IMG/VR virus record: IMGVR_UViG_3300040811_001959
Source of the DNA: a virus
Taxonomy: Duplodnaviria; Caudoviricetes
Direction: 5' to 3' (one strand)
DNA length: 64,000 bases
Shown: positions 8,811 to 16,892 of the stretch, piece by piece
Numbering within the stretch: the stretch's first letter is position 1
How the letters are laid out: each line of letters opens with the position of its first letter
Position numbers and translations under genes: made by a program
Notes under the pieces: generated by a model
What the model was told of the DNA's origin: nothing
Databases searched by the model: none
What the model saw: only the letters and a program-made list of their open reading frames with translations

Positions 8811-9872
8811 ATGCAGGATATAAGACATTACATCAATGTCATAGACCAACTGAACGAAGAGGTGCGCTGGCAAAAAAGCCTCTTCGATCATCTCTTCGTA
8901 GATGATATCAAAATATACGACTTCAATCCTGACTCAGGATATAACGAAGAAAAACGATACCCCTACCTTATACAACCAAATCATAAAAAATTCTGGACGC
9001 CTGTGGTTCCTAGCATGATGGAAAGACTTGAAATGACCCGGCGTATGGCAGGTTGTCATGTGTTAGGTGTAGATAAGCTCAAGCAATTGATTGCTATACA
9101 AGGTCGAAGGCAAAAGCAAATATCTGTGTTTACATCAGATGTAGAAGGCTTTATCTCAGCGTCAGGTATTTGGGGCGGAGGCGGCTTAGTAGCAATCTTA
9201 ACAGGTGATGTATCAGTAGGTGCCGCAGCAGATATCATGTCAGTAGTGGACAAAGGCGGACGTAGATTGATAGACCTTGGTCCTGAGCCAGACTTCCAAG
9301 GAGAATTTCCTTACGATATCTATGACGAAAGACCTTACAATCTACTATGGAATGCGCTGGTAGATATGCGTACTCCTATCATAGCAGAGCTTAAATCAAC
9401 GGGTGTAGAACCTCCTGTACCCCCAGACATCAGACGTAATACACTAGGCAGCCGTATGCTGGTAGACAGCGATAGTTTTACAGGCGAACAAAAAGCTCGT
9501 GCCATTAAACAGTACATTGACGGTGTTGAACGTGTGATTGCACAACATAAACCAGTGTTCCAGGAGATGTTCTTCCAGCACGTAGAACGGCAGAGTACCG
9601 CATGGGAAGACCTTGTGGAAGACTATGATGAATTAGTAATGGGCAACTTTCGGATTGAAAAACTATATGTTATCGCAGAATACATCGATGCAGATGATGG
9701 AAAGCGAGACGGATGGCCAAGAGATTATTTTCCTGAGGAAGGAGTATTCTGCAGTGAACCACGTCGGCAATGCATCGCATTAGATTTTCCAGTAGAATTT
9801 ACTACTGAACACGATCTCAGAGATCGTCTCGAACGAGAAATGGTAAACCGTAATCACAGGAGGGCACAATGA
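8811..9872 (+). CDS. hypothetical protein, possibly head-packaged
   Basis: TAAATA upstream; N-terminal MQDIRHYINVIDQLNEE leader ending in E. Confidence 0.7.
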   Translation: MQDIRHYINVIDQLNEEVRWQKSLFDHLFVDDIKIYDFNPDSGYNEEKRYPYLIQPNHKKFWTPVVPSMMERLEMTRRMAGCHVLGVDKLKQLIAIQGRRQKQISVFTSDVEGFISASGIWGGGGLVAILTGDVSVGAAADIMSVVDKGGRRLIDLGPEPDFQGEFPYDIYDERPYNLLWNALVDMRTPIIAELKSTGVEPPVPPDIRRNTLGSRMLVDSDSFTGEQKARAIKQYIDGVERVIAQHKPVFQEMFFQHVERQSTAWEDLVEDYDELVMGNFRIEKLYVIAEYIDADDGKRDGWPRDYFPEEGVFCSEPRRQCIALDFPVEFTTEHDLRDRLEREMVNRNHRRAQ

Positions 9873-10018
9873 CGGAACAACAGGAACAACGTAAACGACA
9901 GCATGACGAATATCTAAAGCGAATACAAGAAGCTAGAGAACGTGGAGATCGTGCTACAGAAGCCCAGCTACAACAAGAACTCAACTACATGGACGATGCT
10001 GCCTACAATAACCGTTAG
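9869..10018 (+). CDS. small hypothetical protein (not in ORF track)
   Basis: manual translation MTEQQEQRKRQHDEYL...; ATGA coupling. Confidence 0.45.
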   Translation: MTEQQEQRKRQHDEYLKRIQEARERGDRATEAQLQQELNYMDDAAYNNR

Positions 10019-10788
10019 ATACCTAATCTAGTCATGTTTTGCTGATATGCATCTTTATGTAGTTGATACATGTCTTCTAGGAATGCATAAAGGTGTGTGA
10101 CCATTGGCAACTGATTTTCTTTTAGCATATGTTCACAGTTAGCGATATATTGATGTACATAGTATTTTGCTGCATAAGGATGTACTCCCCAAGATTCTAA
10201 ATGTCCAAAAGTTCCTTTAGTAATTGTCCCCTGTTGTGTAATATCCTGCACAGCCTGTTTAAATGCCTGCTTGATATGGTCTTCAATACTGGCACGATCA
10301 AGCTCTTCATCACTAAGATCATCGGGTATATCAAAAGCCGCCTTGATGCGTTCTGCTGTAGCCATGTATTGATTTAATTCAGTGATACTGTTCTCTACAT
10401 AACCCTGTGAAATAACATATTGTGTTTTTAATTCTGCCAATTTTATATCATCTAATTCCGATCGATCGGTCCGAGCTTCGAGCCGACGGATTTTTACAGC
10501 AGATTTCTGTAGATCGTAGAATGCCTGTACACTGGCTTCAGCACGTTGATTGGCTTGGCTATAGGCCTGTTTATACCAAATTACCGGCGAGTCTCCGGCC
10601 ATCTGTAGATTGCCTATCTGCCTTTCATTTAGTGTTTGTGGTTTGCCTATGGTGCGTTTGATGCGTTCTAGCTGGTTCACGTGTGGGCTTAATTGTTGCT
10701 CATAATATTCGAGTCTGCGTTCTACTTCAGCTACCTGATAAGTTTCTGCGGCCTTAATTTGTAAACCGTAATCTTTATCCTGGTCCAT
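10015..10788 (-). CDS. coiled-coil hypothetical protein coupled to the fibre-like gene
   Basis: helical composition; start at MDQDKD overlaps the stop of the upstream gene. Confidence 0.65.
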   Translation of the reverse strand: MDQDKDYGLQIKAAETYQVAEVERRLEYYEQQLSPHVNQLERIKRTIGKPQTLNERQIGNLQMAGDSPVIWYKQAYSQANQRAEASVQAFYDLQKSAVKIRRLEARTDRSELDDIKLAELKTQYVISQGYVENSITELNQYMATAERIKAAFDIPDDLSDEELDRASIEDHIKQAFKQAVQDITQQGTITKGTFGHLESWGVHPYAAKYYVHQYIANCEHMLKENQLPMVTHLYAFLEDMYQLHKDAYQQNMTRLGI

Positions 10789-12256
10789 GTCCGTTGTCTC
10801 CGTTCGAAAAAGTGGTGCTGCCAAAATTTACTGCGGCTGCACTACTACTTAAACTCAGTTTACGCCACACATAGTTAGATCTGGATCCTGCACCGTGCAA
10901 AACTATGTCACTAAAATCACTGCTGCTCACTCCCGAATCGGACACGGTCAACGACATAAAGTTGGTGTTCATTGCACCTGAACTCCAGGTATACCGTTTT
11001 ACATAATCTCTTGGTGTGTAAGGATAATTTCCATAGTTACCAGTGATGTATGCGTAGGTACTGTTGCCCGCCGACTGCATCACATACATGACCTCACCTA
11101 GGCTGCCGGATCCTACCACTGAATTCTGTGTCACATGTGAAATACGCATGGTGTCTGATCGTCGTGCGGTTGACCAATCGCCAGCACCTGCCAACGAAGT
11201 ATCCACGCCATTTGATACATTAAACACATGCCGTCGTCCGAAGGTCAGCATCTGTCCCCAGGTTAAGCTGGTAGAATCAGTACTGAAACTCTTGTATGAA
11301 ATAGGTCGTGTGTTACCGGTTGGTCCTGGCGAATTGGATGGATTCCACCATCCGCCGGTCATGATACACACTTCTGAATTACCTGATGCTGCACCAAGAT
11401 AGTGAACAGCCGCCGAGTTACCCCAGCTGATAGCATTTGAATTGCGAGAGAGATCCTTGTAGGCTACATCAGTATATCCGCCATAGCCGTTGTAACCACC
11501 TGACATCATCACCTGCCAGTTGGTACAGCCTGCTCCGTTCCCGCCAGTCGTGGAAGGTAAGGTGCCAAAGCTGGCTTCATTGGTACCTGAGTTCCATGCA
11601 CGGCGTGTAAACGAAGCTGTATATCCCCCTGAAGTGCCGCCACCTGCCAATACCATGTAAGCGGTTGATTTACACAGATAAGGCATTGTATAATTAAACC
11701 AACTGCCTAAACTCCAGTAATACGAATAGTAGTTTGCATGGGCAGCATAGAAACCAGGTCTGTTGTAGTTATGGAAGCTGGCAAAGTATCTGCGAATGCT
11801 GCTGTAGTAAAAAGTTCCACCTCTTGTTACCATGCCCATGTCAGCACCTGCACCATACTGCCAGGTAGTCACCGAGAGATACTGGAGTTGTGCGTTTGAT
11901 AAACTTGAGAAATCATTCCAATCCGCCACTGTCCAGTCTGAGCCTATGTCTGCGCTGATACGATTGTTGGCAAGGTTAACATCGTTACTCTCCGTGTAGG
12001 TATTCACAGTTGGTCGGAACTTTAGACCAAGCGAGGCAATATAGCCTATCTTCCCTGCGGTGTTGGCTAGGCCAGTTGCTTGGCTGCTAACTCCATAGAA
12101 ATCGCTGAATCGAATCGTTCCCGAACTGGGAGGACCAGCACCTGCAGGAGTGTATGCACCACCTGCGTAGTATTCTGATAAACCAATAGGATTCGAACCT
12201 CCTAGTTCTGATTGTATGTTCGCAGCGGATATCTGTCCTGAACTCTGTAGTGCCAT
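10775..12256 (-). CDS. tail-fibre/virion-surface-like protein with beta-repeat C-terminus
   Basis: MALQSSGQIS..IQSELGGSNPIGLSEYY N-terminus; G/S/T/N/Y-rich body with repeated SxG-x5-GG...YK units. Confidence 0.7.
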   Translation of the reverse strand: MALQSSGQISAANIQSELGGSNPIGLSEYYAGGAYTPAGAGPPSSGTIRFSDFYGVSSQATGLANTAGKIGYIASLGLKFRPTVNTYTESNDVNLANNRISADIGSDWTVADWNDFSSLSNAQLQYLSVTTWQYGAGADMGMVTRGGTFYYSSIRRYFASFHNYNRPGFYAAHANYYSYYWSLGSWFNYTMPYLCKSTAYMVLAGGGTSGGYTASFTRRAWNSGTNEASFGTLPSTTGGNGAGCTNWQVMMSGGYNGYGGYTDVAYKDLSRNSNAISWGNSAAVHYLGAASGNSEVCIMTGGWWNPSNSPGPTGNTRPISYKSFSTDSTSLTWGQMLTFGRRHVFNVSNGVDTSLAGAGDWSTARRSDTMRISHVTQNSVVGSGSLGEVMYVMQSAGNSTYAYITGNYGNYPYTPRDYVKRYTWSSGAMNTNFMSLTVSDSGVSSSDFSDIVLHGAGSRSNYVWRKLSLSSSAAAVNFGSTTFSNGDNGHGPG

Positions 12257-12298
12257 ATACATATTTAGTGTCAGATAAATATATTAAAGGAGAGCAAC

Positions 12299-12568
12299 AT
12301 GGAAGATCAAATCCCTGAGTATGAATTAGATCCAGACACACAGGCACTCTTGCAGACAGTACTAGAACTGGCACTGATGAGCGCTAACCTACAGCTTGAT
12401 CCTAAGAACACACAGTCAGTAATGGACATAGTGTTCACCACCGCACATAGGTTTGGTATAGAGTTCGCCACGATCACACAGGAACCAAACACAGACCAAG
12501 CCGGAATAAACCTACAAGACTTACCTTTCGACATCCAAGTTACATTCATAGACAATATATCAGAATAG
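12299..12568 (+). CDS. hypothetical acidic protein
   Basis: TAAATA then AAGGAG RBS. Confidence 0.65.
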   Translation: MEDQIPEYELDPDTQALLQTVLELALMSANLQLDPKNTQSVMDIVFTTAHRFGIEFATITQEPNTDQAGINLQDLPFDIQVTFIDNISE

Positions 12569-12747
12569 GTCACCGCTGCTAGTCAAGTGCTAGCCAGTGG
12601 TCACCGCTGCTACGGTCTAGTGTTACACAGCGAACACTAATGGTCACCGCTGTTAAGGTCTAGTACACAACAGGATAGACCAATGGTCACCGCTGTTAAG
12701 GTCTAGTACTACACAGATACGGATAATGGTCACCGCTGTTAAGGTCT
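12568..12747 (+). repeat. five-copy interspaced repeat, 43-bp period
   Basis: GGTCACCGCTG at 12568, 12599, 12642, 12685, 12728; consensus AATGGTCACCGCTGTTAAGGTCTAGT with 17-nt variable spacers. Confidence 0.9.
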
Positions 12748-12770
12748 GCTAAATACCGAAAGGAGACACT

Positions 12771-12944
12771 ATGTACATAATACACATACCAGACAACCAA
12801 CAGATAGAACCAAAGCTTAGATCTACCTATAGTGCTGCATGTAAAGAGAAACAGAGCTTAGACCAGTTAGTAGGTAAACCCAGTGCAGTAATAGATCAAA
12901 TCGCAACTGTAAGATTTACAAACCAGGATACGAAAGATGAATAG
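12771..12944 (+). CDS. small hypothetical protein (not in ORF track)
   Basis: CTAAATA then AAGGAG RBS then ATG; 57 aa. Confidence 0.5.
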   Translation: MYIIHIPDNQQIEPKLRSTYSAACKEKQSLDQLVGKPSAVIDQIATVRFTNQDTKDE

Positions 12945-13257
12945 AGAAACATATACATATGCATGCAGCATTTGTAGCATTAACTTCATATGCTATATGT
13001 GATTGGTACTGTGAATAGTACCACGTGCAGTCGTTGAGACACAACCGTAGAGTCAGTGAAACCAGTCGAGAGACTGTCGACTACTGTAATAGACTCGAGT
13101 TTGCAAAGTGATCGAGTCGGTTTGCAAAGTGATGCATTGTGATGCATTATGGAGACAGAGTATTTAAACTATGCCTGTCACCACCATTCTCCACCTTTTT
13201 TCACCATTCTCAACCGTGCCTCTTTTTTCGTAAGAAAATTCACATTTAAATTACAAC

Positions 13258-13283
13258 AAAAGTTAGCAGATACTAACTTTTTT
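13258..13283. terminator. hairpin / possible bidirectional intrinsic terminator
   Basis: AAAAGTTAG-CAGATA-CTAACTTTT perfect 9-bp stem. Confidence 0.45.
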
Positions 13284-13299
13284 GGTTAGTAGATACTAA

Positions 13300-13459
13300 A
13301 TTTGCATATAACTATATGTGCATATATGCATATGTGCATATACAAATATTTGTATATTTTTACATTTGTATATTTAAATATTTGTTTATTTAGATATTTG
13401 TATATTTTTACATTTATATATTTAAATATTTGCATATTTAGATATTTATATATGCAAAT
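13300..13459. repeat. very AT-rich low-complexity block with a ~48-bp tandem duplication, bounded by 11-bp inverted repeats
   Basis: ATTTGCATATA (13300-13310) / TATATGCAAAT (13449-13459); unit ATATTTGTATATTTTTACATTTRTATATTTAAATATTTG..ATTTAG occurs twice. Confidence 0.8.
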
Positions 13460-13497
13460 CCTCACCTGTTTTCACCCCTACCCCAAATTCCACCATA

Positions 13498-13678
13498 AAC
13501 TGAATATTATGTTTTCCAAATCTGGTTGGAACTGAATATTATGTTTTCCTAATTTGCCCTAGCACGGTTCTTGCATACCGTTGGAACTGAATATTATGTT
13601 TTCCTAATTGGGTTGGAACTGAATATTATGTTTTCCAAATCTCCGTCAGATTGAAACTGAATATTATGTTTTCCTAAT
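13498..13678 (+). repeat. five 24-bp iteron-like direct repeats
   Basis: AACTGAATATTATGTTTTCCWAAT at 13498, 13530, 13585, 13617, 13655. Confidence 0.92.
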
Positions 13679-13709
13679 CCAGGCGGAGGGGTGGTGAGAT
13701 GGACCTTGA

Positions 13710-13773
13710 AAAAAGATCCGTAATGATCACAGTGACTTAGCAGTAAGTCACTGATATTGCACGGGATCATTTC
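13710..13773. promoter_or_regulatory. palindromic upstream element, copy A
   Basis: AAAAAGATCC-N10-CAGTGACTTA-GCAG-TAAGTCACTG-N10-GGATCATTT. Confidence 0.75.
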
Positions 13774-13775
13774 CG

Positions 13776-13804
13776 TTGCAATTCTCACCCCGTGCTAGTA
13801 TACT
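13776..13804 (+). promoter_or_regulatory. early promoter P1
   Basis: TTGCAA-17-TATACT followed by the ACAGTGAGCGA leader. Confidence 0.75.
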
Positions 13805-13860
13805 ATATGGACAGTGAGCGAAGGGCTTGCTTTTATACGCAACACAAACGGAGATACTTG

Positions 13861-14352
13861 ATGTCCAAGCAAAGAACATTCTTAAGAGACGTGATCATTC
13901 CTACTCTTCCAGAACTGTTTCCTACAGAAGAGTCCCGTGAATATGCAATGAAAAATCCGCATATATATAATGTAGAACATCTCGTAGAAATATGCCTAGC
14001 CAAGGTTGGCGGCTACGAGTTTGTAGATGAAGAAGGATATGACTTTACAGACTATTCAGACTCAAAGACTACCAGTATAAATGAGAAAACTCTTGTGCTT
14101 ACGATATGCTCAGTAGAAAATAAGATCGGTAGTCTCCGTATTTGTGCCTACAATCCAATCGCAGATCGCATTGACTTTTTCTACATGACACAGAGTCAAT
14201 TGAGGGCGACTGAGGTTGCTTGTTGGGGGAAGAACAGTCATAAGACTCGTATACTTGCTAGATGGAACGCAGGTCGAGACAATTATAATTCTTTTGAAAA
14301 GTTCCGTGTAGACTCATTTGAAACTCTTGCAAAGAAAGGGACACTGAAATGA
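13861..14352 (+). CDS. hypothetical early protein
   Basis: GGAG RBS; start MSKQR downstream of P1. Confidence 0.7.
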   Translation: MSKQRTFLRDVIIPTLPELFPTEESREYAMKNPHIYNVEHLVEICLAKVGGYEFVDEEGYDFTDYSDSKTTSINEKTLVLTICSVENKIGSLRICAYNPIADRIDFFYMTQSQLRATEVACWGKNSHKTRILARWNAGRDNYNSFEKFRVDSFETLAKKGTLK

Positions 14353-14534
14353 TTCCGAATACAGTAAAGAATGACATACTGAATAAGCAGGAACAGGAGC
14401 TAGAACGGAATGCTCAGATCGCACGGATTAAGATCGTAGAACAAAAGATACGAGATTGGGACGTTCCCGGTTTGGGATTTGCGGGACTGAGGAGACTTGA
14501 ACGACAATTGCAAGACCTAAAAGGCTCGGTTTGA
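14349..14534 (+). CDS. small hypothetical early protein
   Basis: ATGA coupling. Confidence 0.55.
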   Translation: MIPNTVKNDILNKQEQELERNAQIARIKIVEQKIRDWDVPGLGFAGLRRLERQLQDLKGSV

Positions 14535-14581
14535 GGAGACGACGAACAGCATCCACCGAGGGGCGATTTACCTAACAATAT

Positions 14582-14656
14582 CAGTAGGTTAGTGCTAAGT
14601 CACTGTGATCACAAGGGATCTTTTTTGTTGACTTTCCCAGTTCGATCAACTATACT
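14582..14656 (+). promoter_or_regulatory. palindromic element copy B + early promoter P2
   Basis: CAGTAGGTTA-GTGC-TAAGTCACTG-N10-GGATCTTTTT, then TTGACT(14628)-17-TATACT. Confidence 0.8.
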
Positions 14657-14709
14657 ATTAAGACAGTGAGCGAACAGCTCCAATTGCAAACTCCACACTA
14701 GGAGACTCC

Positions 14710-14940
14710 ATGAACAGTTTCACCCGCTCAGCCCATCCATACTACACAGACCGAGACTTCTGCGACAAGCTCACACTATACCGGACAGCCTGGAGTACGG
14801 TACACGAGACCTATGTAGGACTCCGTGCGGTATGGCGTGATCCTAACAATGTTCCTGTCATCTCAGCCCATGTGCTAGGCACTCCGGACGAAGAGACACA
14901 TCTGTTCCGTCCAACTGAGTTGATCAACTACGTCCTCTAA
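14710..14940 (+). CDS. small hypothetical early protein
   Basis: AGGAG RBS after P2. Confidence 0.65.
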   Translation: MNSFTRSAHPYYTDRDFCDKLTLYRTAWSTVHETYVGLRAVWRDPNNVPVISAHVLGTPDEETHLFRPTELINYVL

Positions 14941-14958
14941 AAAAAATAAAAAAAATGG

Positions 14959-14987
14959 TTGACTTCCGAAAGGGAGTCAGCTATACT
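14959..14987 (+). promoter_or_regulatory. early promoter P3
   Basis: A-tract, TTGACT-17-TATACT. Confidence 0.85.
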
Positions 14988-15043
14988 ATTAATACAGTGA
15001 GTGAACGGCTCACGCTTCCAATAACTCCTGCTACGGAGATCCA

Positions 15044-15364
15044 ATGTCAGAACTATCCAATACAGTTTACTCATTCTGCTCAGATCCCAGTCACGGTTGG
15101 CTAGCAGTTCCGCAGGCTGATCTCGCCCGTGTAGGTCTTTCCGCTGCAGACCTGTCAACATTCAGCTTTTGGGACTCAGAATACTTCTACTTAGAAGAGG
15201 ACATGGACTATGCGATCTTCTGTCGTGCCTTTGAGCGCACCGTAGGACACGCTCCAAACGTGAGATTTATTCCCTCAACAAGAGGCAATCACCCAATCCG
15301 CCGCAAGAACCGCAACATTATTGGTTGTACAGACAGTTCAAAACTCATCTCTCTAATGGTATAA
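15044..15364 (+). CDS. hypothetical early protein
   Basis: GGAG RBS; SDPSHGWLAVP...FYLEEDMD pattern. Confidence 0.7.
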   Translation: MSELSNTVYSFCSDPSHGWLAVPQADLARVGLSAADLSTFSFWDSEYFYLEEDMDYAIFCRAFERTVGHAPNVRFIPSTRGNHPIRRKNRNIIGCTDSSKLISLMV

Positions 15365-15702
15365 AATGGAAGTAGAAGCAATCGTAAGGATCACGTTGAA
15401 GGAAGGATATGACCTTTCAACCCCAGATCGCGTCATAGAAGTGCTTAATGAAATGGATTATGAGTTTACACACGAGGCGATCGAAGACACTGAAATCGTA
15501 GACATCAATTGGGAGATTGACTGATGACATATCGGGAAGCAGATCAGCGACTAACCGCAATCCTAGACCGGCGGGTTAAAGAGTGTACAGAAAACGAAGA
15601 CTTACAGAACAGTCATTCGTATAAGCTAGGTGTGTTAATGAGTATGATGTCTTGTGTACTAACCGACAGTCAATTACGGAAGTTTGAACAAGGAGTGCTC
15701 TA

Positions 15703-15797
15703 AAAAAGATCCTTAACAAGATCAGTGACTTACAGCTAAGTCACTGATCCTACAGGGAATCATTTTTGTTGATTTTTTTGCCCCAATCAACTATACT
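15703..15797 (+). promoter_or_regulatory. palindromic element copy C + early promoter P4
   Basis: GATCAGTGACTTA-CAGC-TAAGTCACTGATC perfect 13-bp arms, then TTGATT(15769)-17-TATACT. Confidence 0.82.
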
Positions 15798-15850
15798 ATT
15801 TAGACACTGAGCGACAAGCTCCAATTGCAAACTCCACGCACGGAGACAGT

Positions 15851-16036
15851 ATGAAAGCAGTCATTAAGTTCCGCCCAAAAGCAGAGAAGCGCTCACGAAA
15901 CTTGGATGCCGATCTGCGTACAGGTCAGGTCTACCTACTAGAGGGCAGGACTGTTGAGGAGACTATGAAGTCAGCTCGTCTAAACAATCGTCGCTACGAA
16001 ATGATCGGAGGCAAGAAATTTTTGGTAGTCAGCTAA
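15851..16036 (+). CDS. small basic early protein
   Basis: GGAG RBS after P4. Confidence 0.6.
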   Translation: MKAVIKFRPKAEKRSRNLDADLRTGQVYLLEGRTVEETMKSARLNNRRYEMIGGKKFLVVS

Positions 16037-16044
16037 AAAAAAGG

Positions 16045-16073
16045 TTGACGGCAGGGCCTCGCCCTGCTATACT
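16045..16073 (+). promoter_or_regulatory. early promoter P5
   Basis: TTGACG-GCAGGGCCTCGCCCTGC-TATACT. Confidence 0.85.
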
Positions 16074-16127
16074 ATTAAGACAGTGAGCGAACAGCTCTTC
16101 CTTCCAAAACTCCAACCGGGAGATCCA

Positions 16128-16334
16128 ATGTCAGATACACGAAAAGCCACTAACCGACTGCTAGAACTAGTAGGCGACGGACTGCTAGATCAGTATCAGG
16201 TAATCCTAGCCTGCGTAAAGTATATGAGCGAGGACGATGTTGCAGACATGTGTCACCTAAACGAGTTTTTTGAGCAGGAGGACGAGGACCTGCTGGACGA
16301 CTTCAACTATGCGGGCAGTCGTCATCATTATTAA
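16128..16334 (+). CDS. small acidic early protein
   Basis: GGGAG RBS; start MSDTRK. Confidence 0.6.
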   Translation: MSDTRKATNRLLELVGDGLLDQYQVILACVKYMSEDDVADMCHLNEFFEQEDEDLLDDFNYAGSRHHY

Positions 16335-16343
16335 AAAAAAAGG

Positions 16344-16372
16344 TTGACACGAGGCGTTCGGCCTGCTATACT
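16344..16372 (+). promoter_or_regulatory. early promoter P6
   Basis: TTGACA-17-TATACT. Confidence 0.85.
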
Positions 16373-16427
16373 ATTAAGACAGTGAGCGACAAGCTTGCAT
16401 TTTTCCAATCTACGCTAAGAGGGCACA

Positions 16428-16805
16428 ATGGCAACAAGAGCAAGAATTGCATACCGCTACACAGACGGATCATATGTTTCTGCTTATCATCATTGGGACG
16501 GCTATTTAGACGGCTTAGGTCTTCTGTTAACAGAACACTATACAGATCCTAAACTAATTGAGAAATGCATACAGAAAGGCAACGCTTCTACATGGACTCC
16601 AGAGCCTGAGAACAATAATTACTATCACAACGAGCGTTGTATGACACATGCCGACACAAAGGCACTAATGGAAGACGCTTGGAACATGGATGAGGAATAT
16701 CTTTACGTATACTCAGAAAAACTGCAAGGTTGGAGTGTACGATTCCGCAACGGAGATACGACACGGATCTCAGCTGAAAGTATTTTGTCAGCAAGAGAAA
16801 AATAA
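16428..16805 (+). CDS. conserved hypothetical phage protein
   Basis: MATRARI...SAYHHWDGY motif recurrent in large-phage early regions. Confidence 0.7.
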   Translation: MATRARIAYRYTDGSYVSAYHHWDGYLDGLGLLLTEHYTDPKLIEKCIQKGNASTWTPEPENNNYYHNERCMTHADTKALMEDAWNMDEEYLYVYSEKLQGWSVRFRNGDTTRISAESILSAREK

Positions 16806-16808
16806 AGG

Positions 16809-16837
16809 TTGACGGCAGGGCCTCGCCCTGCTATACT
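16809..16837 (+). promoter_or_regulatory. early promoter P7 (identical core to P5)
   Basis: TTGACG-GCAGGGCCTCGCCCTGC-TATACT. Confidence 0.85.
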
Positions 16838-16892
16838 ATTAAAACATTGAGCGAGTCAGCTCACTTTTCCAAACTTGCACTAAGGACACACA

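Noticed and set aside
12568-12747. Calling the 43-bp-period array a CRISPR array
   Set aside because: Spacers are only 17 nt and share ACAG at a fixed offset, the first unit is irregular, and no cas gene is recognisable; kept as an unexplained array.
13302-13535. 77-aa ORF in the AT-rich block
   Set aside because: Low-complexity Y/I/F/L translation of a repeat, with no RBS; spurious.
13498-13678. Calling the 24-bp repeats a CRISPR array (GTTGGAAC / ATTGAAAC resemble repeat ends)
   Set aside because: Intervening sequences are 8, 31, 8 and 14 nt, too short and irregular for spacers.
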